In this document: positions 49,293 through 59,426 of the stretch, one piece after another
Layout of the letters: every line of letters begins with the position of its first letter
Numbering within the stretch: the stretch's first letter is position 1
NCBI GenBank assembly: GCA_963934255.1
Contig: CAWVXU010000002.1
Coordinates: 29,094 to 93,093, forward strand
From: an uncultured Fibrobacterales bacterium
GTDB lineage: Bacteria > Fibrobacterota > Fibrobacteria > Fibrobacterales > CAWVXU01
DNA length: 64,000 nucleotides
Direction: 5' to 3'
Notes under the pieces: model-generated
Databases searched by the model: none
What the model was told of the DNA's origin: nothing
The model's input: the letters and a program-made list of their open reading frames with translations, nothing else
Program-made: the position numbers and the translations under genes

Positions 49293-50252
49293 TTATAATC
49301 TAGTGAAGATAGTATCGAGATAGATTTTGGCTTCTGTGTAAAACATTCGTCCATAATCTTGCATGATACAAGCGCTATGAGGTGAAATGAGGACATTCGG
49401 ATGCTCCCACAAAGGAGAGCTTTTAGGTAAAGGCTCTTCTTGAAAAACATCAAGACCAGCAAAAGACACGAGGCCCGTATTTAACACATTCAGAAGTGCC
49501 TTTTCATCAATAGAATCCCCGCGACCCAAGCTATAAAATTGAACTCCGTTTTTGAGTGAATGGAAAAATTCCACATCCATTACTATTTCGTCTGAAGTAG
49601 GTAAAAATGAAATAATCATGTCCATTTGGTTCAATTGAGACTTAGCTTCTAATGGGGTCTGTAAAGTAACATGGTGCCTGTTTGATTTAGTTGAGGGAGT
49701 TCGACACACACCAAAAACTTCACAGCCAAAAGCCTGTAAAACTTGGGCACACCTATCGCCTATAGCACCATAACCCCAAATTTGGATTTTCTTATTCTGA
49801 AGACTCTGCGTTTCTTTTTGAGCATTTCGATCCCACTTCTTTTGAAATTGATTTGCCATTAATTGAGGTATAGCTCTATTGTGATGAAACATCATAGCAA
49901 GAAGGGATTCAACCATCATAGGCCCATGAAAGCGACCATAATGAACATCCACACGCCCCAATGGGTCCAGGGGAACCCAGTCTTTGCCTGCTGCAGGTGT
50001 GAAAATCCATTTCAATTTTGGAGCTTGATCAAACCAAGGTTTTTCAAAGTACCAGGTGAGTAAAACATCTGCATCGGAGATAAGCTCTTTAAGCTCTTCA
50101 AATTCTTCACACAGAACAATTTCTATATGAGGGAAGTCACGACTTAACCAAGCCGCAACCTCATCTTGAATATCAAAAGCATCAATTTTAGATCTTAGCC
50201 AAATAAAAATACTTTGGTGCACAACTTCTGGGGTGTCGTTTTTATCACTCAT
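49293..50252 (-). CDS. D-2-hydroxyacid dehydrogenase family protein
   Basis: GYGAIG, GRG, DVFQEEPL, SPH. Confidence 0.9.
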   Translation of the reverse strand: MSDKNDTPEVVHQSIFIWLRSKIDAFDIQDEVAAWLSRDFPHIEIVLCEEFEELKELISDADVLLTWYFEKPWFDQAPKLKWIFTPAAGKDWVPLDPLGRVDVHYGRFHGPMMVESLLAMMFHHNRAIPQLMANQFQKKWDRNAQKETQSLQNKKIQIWGYGAIGDRCAQVLQAFGCEVFGVCRTPSTKSNRHHVTLQTPLEAKSQLNQMDMIISFLPTSDEIVMDVEFFHSLKNGVQFYSLGRGDSIDEKALLNVLNTGLVSFAGLDVFQEEPLPKSSPLWEHPNVLISPHSACIMQDYGRMFYTEAKIYLDTIFTRL

Positions 50253-52045
50253 TTTTTTAAGCTCAATTCATTTGCTTCAAAGACATCAGCTAACATACCT
50301 GGTGTGATCACTTCTGGGAAAACCTCAGTCTGACCGTCTGGTCCATACAATACATAAAGCGGGATACCAGCACGGGAAAACCTTTTGAGTTCTTGATCAA
50401 TATCTGGACTACCCCGCGTATAGTCAGCTATAATAAATGTTAATTCAGGTAGCGCAAAATATTTTTCAATGAGATTCGACTTTAAAGTGGTCTTCTCATT
50501 CACCTTACAGCTAATGCACCAATCTGCAGTATAGTCTACAAAGACCCACTGGCCCTGTTGATTTAATTTTTCCACCGCCTTGATACTAAATTCTTCATGA
50601 TTTAAAGTCGGCGGGTTTTGCATGTCATCGTTAACAAAATAAAAGTAACTCAATACGGCGACTCCAGAAAAGACTAGCAGGAGTGTCCATTTCTTTAACT
50701 GTCCTAATTCTGAAGGAACGACTAATTTACCCCATATCCATATGAGCATCGCAACGAGTAGAAGCCACCCAAGGAATTTAAAACTCGCTAGGTTACCTAC
50801 TTGATTAGAAAGAACAAATAGCAACCAAACGCCTGTGAACAGTAGGACAAAAGCCATAAACTCTTTGAGTATAATCATCCAATTACCCGGGCGTGGTAAG
50901 AAGCGAACAGCTTTTGGGAAAAGAGTCATTAAGAAGAATGGTAGTGCGAGTCCTAGTCCGGCAGACAAAAAGAACAGTATAAGTACAAATGAACTCTGGC
51001 TCAGACCATAACCCATTGCTGGTCCTAAGAAAGGTGCAGAACAAGGAGTGCTCATCAGTGTCATAAACGCACCATTAAAAAACGCCCCAACAATACCGTT
51101 CTTACGACTGACTTGATCCATCTCCGTCATGGCTTTACTTGATAAAGTAATTTCATAAAGTCCAAGTAAATTGAGAGCAAATCCAAAAATTAATAGAACC
51201 ATGACCATCACAAATGTGGGGTGAGTAAATTGAAACCCCCAGCCTGCAACCTCTCCTGCTTTTTTCATAAAGATAATCACAAGTGATAGAGCAAAGAATG
51301 AGGTAAGGACTCCCAGAGTAAAGCTCATTCCAAGAAATTTTAACTGACGTGGATGCTCTTCACTTTGATGAATCAATGCAAATATCTTAAGACCCAAGAC
51401 AGGTAAAACACAAGGCATGAAATTCAAAATGATTCCGCCGATAAATGCCAAGATTAACATCAACCATAAACTTTCAGCTTTCATTGGTGAATTAACTTCA
51501 ATTGCAGTCGTCGAAATTGGGTCTGTTATTGAATTTACCGAGGTCTCACCGCTGATAGCTTTACCATAGGTCATTGACTCTTCACGAGGAGAAAGGCAAA
51601 TCGAATGAGTACAAGCTTGATAGTAGAGTTTGAATTTTAGTTGAGTCCAACTAGCTTCGCTTAGCTTTAATATTTCAAAACCGACTATGAGCGAATCTTC
51701 GAAATAGGAACCATTAATATCTAATGTTTCTAGTCGTTGGATGGTGGGCTTTGGATAAATAGGTGCACCAAATTGAATATCTTTAGCTTGAATTTTTGCT
51801 TCAAGTGGGATTAAAAACTCATCCTCAGGTACATGAGATGTCAAATGCCAAGGTTGTGGTATCAATACTCGAACTTGAAGTGTATCACCTACTTGAGGAG
51901 AGCTCGCTCCTAAGTCACCAATAAATACCTTAGATAACTCTCCTAAGCTAGGAACTGCATCCGCTGTTGCCGCGGGCAGGTCCTTTGCCACCACACTTGA
52001 TGTAAAGATGAGAAAGCATAAAGCCCAAAATGATAAAAATCGCAT
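50249..52045 (-). CDS. dsbD: Thiol:disulfide interchange protein DsbD family
   Basis: QACTHSIC, NFMPCVLP, STPCSAP, ADWCISC. Confidence 0.93.
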   Translation of the reverse strand: MRFLSFWALCFLIFTSSVVAKDLPAATADAVPSLGELSKVFIGDLGASSPQVGDTLQVRVLIPQPWHLTSHVPEDEFLIPLEAKIQAKDIQFGAPIYPKPTIQRLETLDINGSYFEDSLIVGFEILKLSEASWTQLKFKLYYQACTHSICLSPREESMTYGKAISGETSVNSITDPISTTAIEVNSPMKAESLWLMLILAFIGGIILNFMPCVLPVLGLKIFALIHQSEEHPRQLKFLGMSFTLGVLTSFFALSLVIIFMKKAGEVAGWGFQFTHPTFVMVMVLLIFGFALNLLGLYEITLSSKAMTEMDQVSRKNGIVGAFFNGAFMTLMSTPCSAPFLGPAMGYGLSQSSFVLILFFLSAGLGLALPFFLMTLFPKAVRFLPRPGNWMIILKEFMAFVLLFTGVWLLFVLSNQVGNLASFKFLGWLLLVAMLIWIWGKLVVPSELGQLKKWTLLLVFSGVAVLSYFYFVNDDMQNPPTLNHEEFSIKAVEKLNQQGQWVFVDYTADWCISCKVNEKTTLKSNLIEKYFALPELTFIIADYTRGSPDIDQELKRFSRAGIPLYVLYGPDGQTEVFPEVITPGMLADVFEANELSLKK

Positions 52046-52225
52046 AAAACCAGCCTGATAGGTAGATGTCTCTAGAAAATACTAAGATAACAAGTCTAAG
52101 TGACCGCTTTAAGGCTACAAAGTCGAATAAGTTAAGTTACTGGGCATTGTTTCATTCAAGATGAGCATGTATTCATTTAAGTGCTTCTAGATTGGTTTTG
52201 TGTCTATAAACTAAATGGCGAAAGC

Positions 52226-52272
52226 ATCAATCAAAAAAGGCGAACCGCGTTGGTTCGCCTTTTTTGATTGAT
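52226..52272. terminator. Terminator with perfect 21-bp arms after the porin-like gene
   Basis: ATCAATCAAAAAAGGCGAACC-GCGTT-GGTTCGCCTTTTTTGATTGAT. Confidence 0.9.
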
Positions 52273-52289
52273 TTAAAATTAAATTTGTA

Positions 52290-52910
52290 CTAAAGTCCAA
52301 AGCCATATGAAGCGATTACTGCTATTTCATTGATTCCACCATCTGCACCATCTGCAGATGAGGTGCTTGATAATTGATAATCATAGCGAACCGATACTGT
52401 AATATCTTGATTAACTACATACTCTGCACCAGCTACTGCTGAGAACCCAAGCGCTGTTAAGTCTTTATCGATTTTAACCGTAGTTTCAGTTTCAGCGCCA
52501 TCTACATCAACAGTCAATGCAGCTTCTCCACCCAAGTTTGACCACAATTGAGGACCAACTATAACATTTAAGCCTTCAGTTACCGGGTATGAAAATAGCA
52601 AAGGAACTTGAATAAAGCTCATTGCTAAATCACTTGTTGTTTTTGCTGTGATTAACCCAATAGTTTCTTCCGAGTCAGTAGAAGCTACACGAGTATTATA
52701 TAAAAGACCAGGTAAAATAGAAAATACACCTAGATCAATACGTGCTTGAACACCAGCTGAGTAACTATAAGAACCGTCAAACTCTTCAGAACCCTCACCT
52801 GTAGGCATCGTATAGCCAGCGCCAATTAGCGGTTCTACTTTAAGTTTTAAATCTTGTGCAAAAGAAGTTACTGCTGCTGCTAATAATACCCCTGTAAATA
52901 TTTTATTCAT
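52290..52910 (-). CDS. Small outer-membrane beta-barrel (porin family)
   Basis: Signal peptide SFA-Q; FIQVPLLFSY...GPQ; alternating strands. Confidence 0.8.
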   Translation of the reverse strand: MNKIFTGVLLAAAVTSFAQDLKLKVEPLIGAGYTMPTGEGSEEFDGSYSYSAGVQARIDLGVFSILPGLLYNTRVASTDSEETIGLITAKTTSDLAMSFIQVPLLFSYPVTEGLNVIVGPQLWSNLGGEAALTVDVDGAETETTVKIDKDLTALGFSAVAGAEYVVNQDITVSVRYDYQLSSTSSADGADGGINEIAVIASYGFGL

Positions 52911-53063
52911 TCTATTTCCTATTGTTCAACATATTTGTTTTGTTGTAGGAAATATATGCAACTGAGAGATTAACTCTAGACTTAGAAATAGTAAAGGCGC
53001 TCTCTTTTTGAGAGCGTCCGAAGTGCATTGAAATAGTATTATTAAAGTTTTACATGATCCTAT

Positions 53064-53824
53064 CTAATTATTAAATCGAGCACTCAGTTTTGAAATAATA
53101 TCAGGTACTAAACGGGCTAATACTTCTAATGAATATCCACCCTCAAGCATGAACCCAATTTTATTATGACAACAATAATCAGCATAAATGATTAGTAAAT
53201 CTAACGCTTTTTTCATAAGAATAATTACAGATGATAGAGCAAAGAATGAAGCGAGAACTCCTAGTGTAAAAATCATTCCAAGGAATTTTAACTGTCGCGG
53301 ATGTTCTTCACTTGAGTGAATCAATGCAAATATTTTGAGACCCAAGAGAGGTAAAACACACAGGCCGAACTTCAAAATAATTCCACCGATAAATGCTAAA
53401 ACCAGCCATAAACTTTCGGCTTTCATTGGTTAGGTTGATTCTGGCGTTACAAAAGTTCCACCGCCTGCTTTTTTGATTTTGATCTTACCATAAGACATAG
53501 TCTCTAACCAAGGAGAAAGCGAAATCGCATCAGTACAAGCTTGAAAATAGAGCTTGAATTCTAAATTACTCCAATTGCTTGATTTGCATTTTCACTATTG
53601 CTTACTTTTAAAATTGTGACTTTGGCAATGAGTGAGTCTTCAAAATATGAACCATTCATATATAGGACTTCTAGTCATTTGATAGTTGGCTTTGGGTAGA
53701 TTGTTGAACCAAATTGAAGGTCTTTTACTTGAACTTTTGCTTTGAGTGGGATTAGGAATTCTTTTGCCAGCCCCCCTGATGTATATGTGAGAAAGCACAA
53801 AGCCAAAAAAGAGAAGAAACGCAT
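53064..53824 (-). pseudogene. Degenerate dsbD 5' copy fused to a deacetylase 3' tail
   Basis: Aligns to dsbD 50249-52045 with a deletion, stops at 53675-77 and 53430-32, and a frameshift; last 46 codons match the end of 55409-56419. Confidence 0.92.
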
Positions 53825-53926
53825 AAAATCAGCCTAGTAGTTACAGGTGATAGACAATACTAAGATAACAAGTCTAAACGACTGCTTTATGGTAACAAAC
53901 GCGAACAAGTTAGGATATATTAATCC

Positions 53927-55264
53927 TTACTGTGTTTTCGTAGTAATGAGTCCACTCTCTTTATCAATACAGGCCACTATGGGAATTAAATTATCTTTAG
54001 TGAATGTCGTGCGGTCTTGTCTCATTCTAATAAATGTCCCTGCGTAATATCCTTTATTCCATTTAATATGAGGGAAGTAAACTGCTTCCATCATAGTATC
54101 AAGATTTCTTAATCTTTCCCGAATAGCTTCAATTTGGAGATTAATTTCATCGATTGGGTCTACAGTACTTGTAGAAGCCTCTTTCTCATCACGACTTTGT
54201 TGCTGAATCTGCCTTGAATTCTCCATTAACTGATTTCTAATTTTACTTAACTGATCATATTCAAAATGATGCAATACTTTGAGCCGAGTCTTAGTGCCCT
54301 CTATATTACCAGAGCTACTCACTTCAATACTCTTGAGCGCCTTAACATAACCACCAATTATATCACCTCCCACAACAATGCTCCCCAAACATTCCACTTC
54401 AGCGTGGAGAATATCTTTCTGAACCGTTAAATCTCCTTTGACAATAAGATGGCCACCTTGAATATAATTAACCGTCAAATCTCCTTCGCATATGAATGTA
54501 TGGTGGTTATCTTGTACGATACCCTGTCCGACAACAATATCTCCACCGACTTTGACTTGGGATTTGTACACCCCACCTTGGACAAATAAATCTTCGTCCG
54601 TTTCAATTTCATATCCTTCAAGGATATCCCCGGCAACATGAATACAACCGGAGCGTTGAATATTCCCAGTCACCGGGCCAACATCTCCTTCAACACAAAC
54701 ACAGTTTTTCACATAAATTTGACGCTTTTTAAAATGAGGTATTCCTCCAATATCTGCAAAAACACCTTCTTCTTCTAAACGCACTCCTTCAAGCATTTGA
54801 AATTGATATTTAAAGACGGGCTTCACCTTTAATTCTTGACCAAATAAATCCACACCCGATTCACTCACTATGGGAGCTACTACCTTAGCTATAATTTCAT
54901 CTTTTTCCACGTCTGTAAAAGCAGTTTGATTTTTAAAATCTGAAGCTTCATCCTCTTCTGCTTGGCTAAATTCTGCTTCACCTGTGACATTGACTTTGAA
55001 ATCTAAGTATCCATTCAGTCCTTCTATAGGCTCTTTGGATTCAGCAATAATCAATTCGGCTTCAACGCCGCCTTCAATAGCATTTTCACACTCTTCAAAA
55101 ACTTTCTCAATCGACTCTTTACTAGGCGGTTCACTCAGTCCTAGCTTTTCAAAAGCTTCAAAAAAGTCTTCAAACGAGGAGTATAAAGGGTCAGAATCTT
55201 TCCCATATTTAACTGTTAACTTAGTATTGTTCTCATTAAACTCAAATCGTGCATGTATAGACAT
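53927..55264 (-). CDS. FapA/DUF342 family protein
   Basis: GDVGPVTGNI...GCIHVAGDI beta-helix repeats; C-terminal coiled coil. Confidence 0.85.
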   Translation of the reverse strand: MSIHARFEFNENNTKLTVKYGKDSDPLYSSFEDFFEAFEKLGLSEPPSKESIEKVFEECENAIEGGVEAELIIAESKEPIEGLNGYLDFKVNVTGEAEFSQAEEDEASDFKNQTAFTDVEKDEIIAKVVAPIVSESGVDLFGQELKVKPVFKYQFQMLEGVRLEEEGVFADIGGIPHFKKRQIYVKNCVCVEGDVGPVTGNIQRSGCIHVAGDILEGYEIETDEDLFVQGGVYKSQVKVGGDIVVGQGIVQDNHHTFICEGDLTVNYIQGGHLIVKGDLTVQKDILHAEVECLGSIVVGGDIIGGYVKALKSIEVSSSGNIEGTKTRLKVLHHFEYDQLSKIRNQLMENSRQIQQQSRDEKEASTSTVDPIDEINLQIEAIRERLRNLDTMMEAVYFPHIKWNKGYYAGTFIRMRQDRTTFTKDNLIPIVACIDKESGLITTKTQ

Positions 55265-55408
55265 GTGTATTTCTCCCAAAGGAATCTATAATATCCTACC
55301 ATACAATGATGAGGCCAATGTCATTGAAAATAGGTTTTCAATGAAAATATGTATATTTAAAACATAAATCACCCAAATACCACAAAAATTAGCTACATGC
55401 GATAAAAA

Positions 55409-56419
55409 TTAACTGTTAAATTTCTGACTCAGCCTGGAAATAATATCAGGAACCAATCGTCCCAAAACTTCCAAAGAGTAACCACCTTCAAGCATAAACC
55501 CGACTCTATCGTCGCTACAGCGATTAGCATAAGCAATTAAAAGTTGAACCGCATGGTGGAATTCTTTATCTTCAACCTTCATGAGTGCAAAAGGATCCTC
55601 AAGGTGGGCATCAAAACCAGCACTCACCAGTATGAAGTTTGGCTTAAAAAATTTTTCTACTTCAATTAAATTTTCTTCAAACGACTCTACCCAATCAACT
55701 CCAGTAGTCCCAATCGGCAAGGTGACATTGTTTGTGAAACCTTCGCCCATACCTTTACCGGTCACTCGCTCTTCACCTGTCCACGGATACAGATGTTTAG
55801 GTGTACCATGGATACTAAAATAATACGTTTCATCCGACTCTAAGAAAAATTCTTCTATGCCATTTCCGTGGTGCACATCAAAATCAACGACAAGTATTTT
55901 GGCCTGCGGGTGGCTTTGACGAATTTGATTTACCGCAATTGCTGAGTGATTAAGAAAACAAAAGCCTTCGGCTTCGGCTATACCTGCATGATGACCAGGT
56001 GGTCGAGTTAAGGCAAATCCACAGCCTCCTGAAGCCATGTGTGTGCCAAGTGCTTCAGCACAACCTCCAGCGGCCAATATCCCATCTAATGAATCAAAAC
56101 CCAAAGCACAATCTTCTGTTTTAAAAAAGGGCTTATTTGCATGGCCTGTTGATTCAAGCGCCAAGAGATAATCTGGATCATGAATTGCACGAAGCGCAGT
56201 CCAACCGGCAGATGAAGCTTGTTCCATGACCCATGGCTCTGTTTGAGCACGATCAAGACAGGCTTCTAATATCACTCTTGCACGATGAAAAGATTCTGGA
56301 TGCTCAGTCGGGGGTTGATGTAACAAAACATCTGTGTTGTAGATAAAGTGGAAAGGGCCTTCTCTAACAGGAAGGGCTTCTATTTTTTTTTGTAGAGTAA
56401 TTATATCACCCAAATTCAT
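55409..56419 (-). CDS. Zn-dependent histone-deacetylase-family amidohydrolase
   Basis: HPE, RPPGHHA, GFC, DFDVHHGNG, SAGFDAH, LEGGY. Confidence 0.95.
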   Translation of the reverse strand: MNLGDIITLQKKIEALPVREGPFHFIYNTDVLLHQPPTEHPESFHRARVILEACLDRAQTEPWVMEQASSAGWTALRAIHDPDYLLALESTGHANKPFFKTEDCALGFDSLDGILAAGGCAEALGTHMASGGCGFALTRPPGHHAGIAEAEGFCFLNHSAIAVNQIRQSHPQAKILVVDFDVHHGNGIEEFFLESDETYYFSIHGTPKHLYPWTGEERVTGKGMGEGFTNNVTLPIGTTGVDWVESFEENLIEVEKFFKPNFILVSAGFDAHLEDPFALMKVEDKEFHHAVQLLIAYANRCSDDRVGFMLEGGYSLEVLGRLVPDIISRLSQKFNS

Positions 56420-56471
56420 AAAATTAGCTTTCTTTTCAAACTATTTTGATCCTTTTTTTTGTTAAGTAACT

Positions 56472-58340
56472 CTATTCATGAAAAGAGAAATTAGCAAATA
56501 AAACTTCACAGAAAATCTGGTCTTCTTCGTATGAAACTGTGCTTGTTGGGTACATACTCTCAACAATTCGGCGCATGCTAGTGTTTGTTTTTAATATAAT
56601 AAATACAAATCCATCAAGCCCTCGTGAGCGAGCAAAGGATTCCATTTTTTGCAACATCTTTTTACCAAGACCTTTGCCTTGATATTCATCTGAGACAATC
56701 ACACCAACTTCACCTAGTCTTTGATTGGAGTCACTAATACCAGGGGTGATTGCGAAACGACCAATGCCCCGTATAGTTCGACCACAAACTGCGCCACCTA
56801 CGGCCGCAAAGACAGCTTGCTCATCTGTATTTCTCATACGTTGAACCATCTCACCATGATTTAAAGTTTTTTTATGGTAACCATAACGACGATAGATGGA
56901 GTCTGTGCTGTGTTTATAAAAAAAGTCTTGAATGGCGCGCTCATCTGAAGGTTTAATTGGACGGTGCCAAAGCTCTTGACCATCTGCTAATTTTATTTCA
57001 GACATCCAGTTTTGATCAGTAAAACAATCGGGCTCAAACTCAAGAACATCTTCGTGAATCCAACCTTGTGATTTTGCATCAGTAAGAAGCTCTGCTCTAA
57101 ATTTTGGGTGTGCAATTTCAATTAACGATAATGCGCGCTCTTCAACTGTACGACCATAAAGGTCAGCAATGCCATATTCAGTCACTACATAATGAACATC
57201 TCCACGAGAAGTCACCACACCAGCGCCTGGCGTCAAAAGACATTTAATCCGACTTAGGGTTCCATTTTTGGCTGTAGATGGAAGAGCGATAACAGGTAAG
57301 CCCTCTTCACAACGAGCAGCCCCACGTGTATAATCAACTTGACCGCCTATTCCCGAATACATCTTATTCCCAATTGAATCTGCTACGACTTGACCCGTTA
57401 AATCTACCTCAAGGGCAGAATTAATTGAGGTCATTTTATGGTGCATAGAAATTTTACTAGGATCATTGGTAATGTCAGATGTATAAAAACGAACCTGAGG
57501 ATTATTATGAACAAAGTCATAAACCTTTTTAGTTCCTATTACGAATGAAGTGACATGAAGCCCCACATCGGAAGATTTTTTGCGTCCAGTCACTGCACCT
57601 GATTTAATTAAATCTACCATTCCATCTGAAAACATCTCCGTATGGACACCAAGGTCTTTCTTGTGATGGAGCGCCTTAGTTACCGCATCAGGGATTTTAC
57701 CTATACCCAATTGGATAGTTGACCCATCTGATATGAGAGACGCTGTATTTCTACCAATAGCATTTTCTACATCCCCAAGAGGTCCAACAATATGCTCAGG
57801 TAATGCATTATCGTGAAACCACAAATAGTCTATCTCGTCTTGATATAACTCACTTTGCCCAAATGTATATGGGTGTTCTTTGTTAACTTGAGCAATCACA
57901 ATTCGCGCATGTTCCATCGCAGCCCGAACAACATCGACATTAGCACCTAGAGAAAACATATTATCGTTTACTCCCTTAGCCACTTGAATAAGACAGATAT
58001 CAATAGCTACCCGTTTACGTTTAAAAAGTCGTGGTATTTCGGATAAAAAAATCGGCGTATAGTCAGCATCACCCTTCCACACTGCGCGTCGGGTGTTTCC
58101 TCCAATAAAAAGTGCGTTGTGACGTAAGTGGTTCTTAAACTCAGGCTCACAATATGGAGCGGGGCCTGTCGTTGAAATATGGGTAATTTCCGAGTCAGTG
58201 AACCATTTTGGGTTTTTACCTACCACACTCAAAATACCTTGAGGTGCTGAGCTACCACTACCCACAAATAAGCGTTCACCAGGACGAACCTGCTTAAGAG
58301 CGTCTTCAATATTTTCAATTATTTTGCCAAGCCTTGACAT
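56472..58340 (-). CDS. Acetyl-CoA hydrolase/CoA-transferase fused to C-terminal GNAT
   Basis: QLGIGKIP, HTEMFSDG, SGIGGQVD, VVTEYG, IAHPKFR; GNAT RPIKPSD...VSDEYQGKGLG. Confidence 0.93.
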   Translation of the reverse strand: MSRLGKIIENIEDALKQVRPGERLFVGSGSSAPQGILSVVGKNPKWFTDSEITHISTTGPAPYCEPEFKNHLRHNALFIGGNTRRAVWKGDADYTPIFLSEIPRLFKRKRVAIDICLIQVAKGVNDNMFSLGANVDVVRAAMEHARIVIAQVNKEHPYTFGQSELYQDEIDYLWFHDNALPEHIVGPLGDVENAIGRNTASLISDGSTIQLGIGKIPDAVTKALHHKKDLGVHTEMFSDGMVDLIKSGAVTGRKKSSDVGLHVTSFVIGTKKVYDFVHNNPQVRFYTSDITNDPSKISMHHKMTSINSALEVDLTGQVVADSIGNKMYSGIGGQVDYTRGAARCEEGLPVIALPSTAKNGTLSRIKCLLTPGAGVVTSRGDVHYVVTEYGIADLYGRTVEERALSLIEIAHPKFRAELLTDAKSQGWIHEDVLEFEPDCFTDQNWMSEIKLADGQELWHRPIKPSDERAIQDFFYKHSTDSIYRRYGYHKKTLNHGEMVQRMRNTDEQAVFAAVGGAVCGRTIRGIGRFAITPGISDSNQRLGEVGVIVSDEYQGKGLGKKMLQKMESFARSRGLDGFVFIILKTNTSMRRIVESMYPTSTVSYEEDQIFCEVLFANFSFHE

Positions 58341-58539
58341 GAATACATCCTTATTCTGTTCTCTATCATAGAAAGTAATACAATACCCCTCAAACGGGCG
58401 TTATCTATATCCTAAAATCACCAAGATTGCCATTTTGATACGCATGAATGGCATAATGACAATGGACCCAGCAAAATTTCCAGTAGTGTTCAGAGTCTTC
58501 TCAAATATTGTTTTATTCATTCAAACAAAATACATGAAA

Positions 58540-59101
58540 ACTCGGGTAGACTCACCCTTGGATACAATCTTGGAAGACAACTCAAGGTGTTCTTCAGAAT
58601 ACTCTCATGGATCGCGCTACTAATGCCGGTTTGTTTCATGTGTTGTTTTCAAAACCTGTTGAAATTTGCATTAGAAGCTCTCAAGACCGCTCTTGAAGTT
58701 TCCTACACTGCCGATCAAAAAGAACCATCTCACACATCGGGGTATGGCAAATATACCACCTCTTGTTTGTCCTGAAGCTTGGAAAATTGACTAAAATATT
58801 TCAATATTCAATTCCTAGTAAGTGGTTCATTGTGAGTTTTATTTTGGATCACACGCACTTGGGCTACCAATTGATATCTAATGCTTCTGCTGAAATGATC
58901 TAAGCAGGATATTATTAGGATAAAGAAGATGGCCTCTATAACAATGGTTCTGCATTTAAATCTACCGTATCTGGTGGTGGTAAATCTAAACTATCAAAAT
59001 CAGTTAATGATGAGATTGTTCAGAAAAAAATTTCTATTGACAATTTCACTCAGGCGCTTAATGAGCCGAAAACAGCGATTAATCACAATTTGGTTCTCTA
59101 A
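58540..59101 (+). pseudogene. Collapsed remnant of PPi-dependent PEP carboxykinase
   Basis: Colinear fragments QGVLQN..DR...GLFHV, YTADQ, PLVCPE, EDGLYNNGSAFK, TVSGGGKS, with stops and frameshifts. Confidence 0.8.
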
Positions 59102-59217
59102 AGCTTAAGCCTCTTAATTAACTTTAAGGGGGGTATGTTTCTCTCAAATCTCGCACTTACTCACTAAAAGTGACAACTAAATTACTAGATTATATGCAGC
59201 TTAAATCGAGGAATATT

Positions 59218-59424
59218 ATGTTTTCAAGTATTGGAATACCAGGCCTGCTTATCATTGGCGGCATCGTTGTTTTACTTTTTGGTGCCAAAAGAATTCCCGA
59301 ACTCGCAGATGGATTAGGTAAAGGCCTCAAAAAATTTAAAGACGCTCAGAACGAGCTTGAAAAGTCAATTGAAGCACCTACTGAAATCGTCAAAAAAATT
59401 GAACACGAAGAGACCCAAGCTTAA
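59218..59424 (+). CDS. tatA: Twin-arginine translocase TatA/E
   Basis: [48 protein letters not shown]. Confidence 0.93.
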   Translation: MFSSIGIPGLLIIGGIVVLLFGAKRIPELADGLGKGLKKFKDAQNELEKSIEAPTEIVKKIEHEETQA

Positions 59425-59426
59425 TC

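Noticed and set aside
52998..53016. CGCTCTC/GAGAGCG hairpin as a cassette recombination site
   Set aside because: Single short stem, no integrase and no repeated attC-like sites
53847..54047. 66-aa plus-strand ORF
   Set aside because: Overlaps the fapA 3' end and the duplicated dsbD upstream region on the opposite strand
58435..58775. Two 62-aa ORFs as real small genes
   Set aside because: Better explained as chance frames across the PPi-PEPCK remnant
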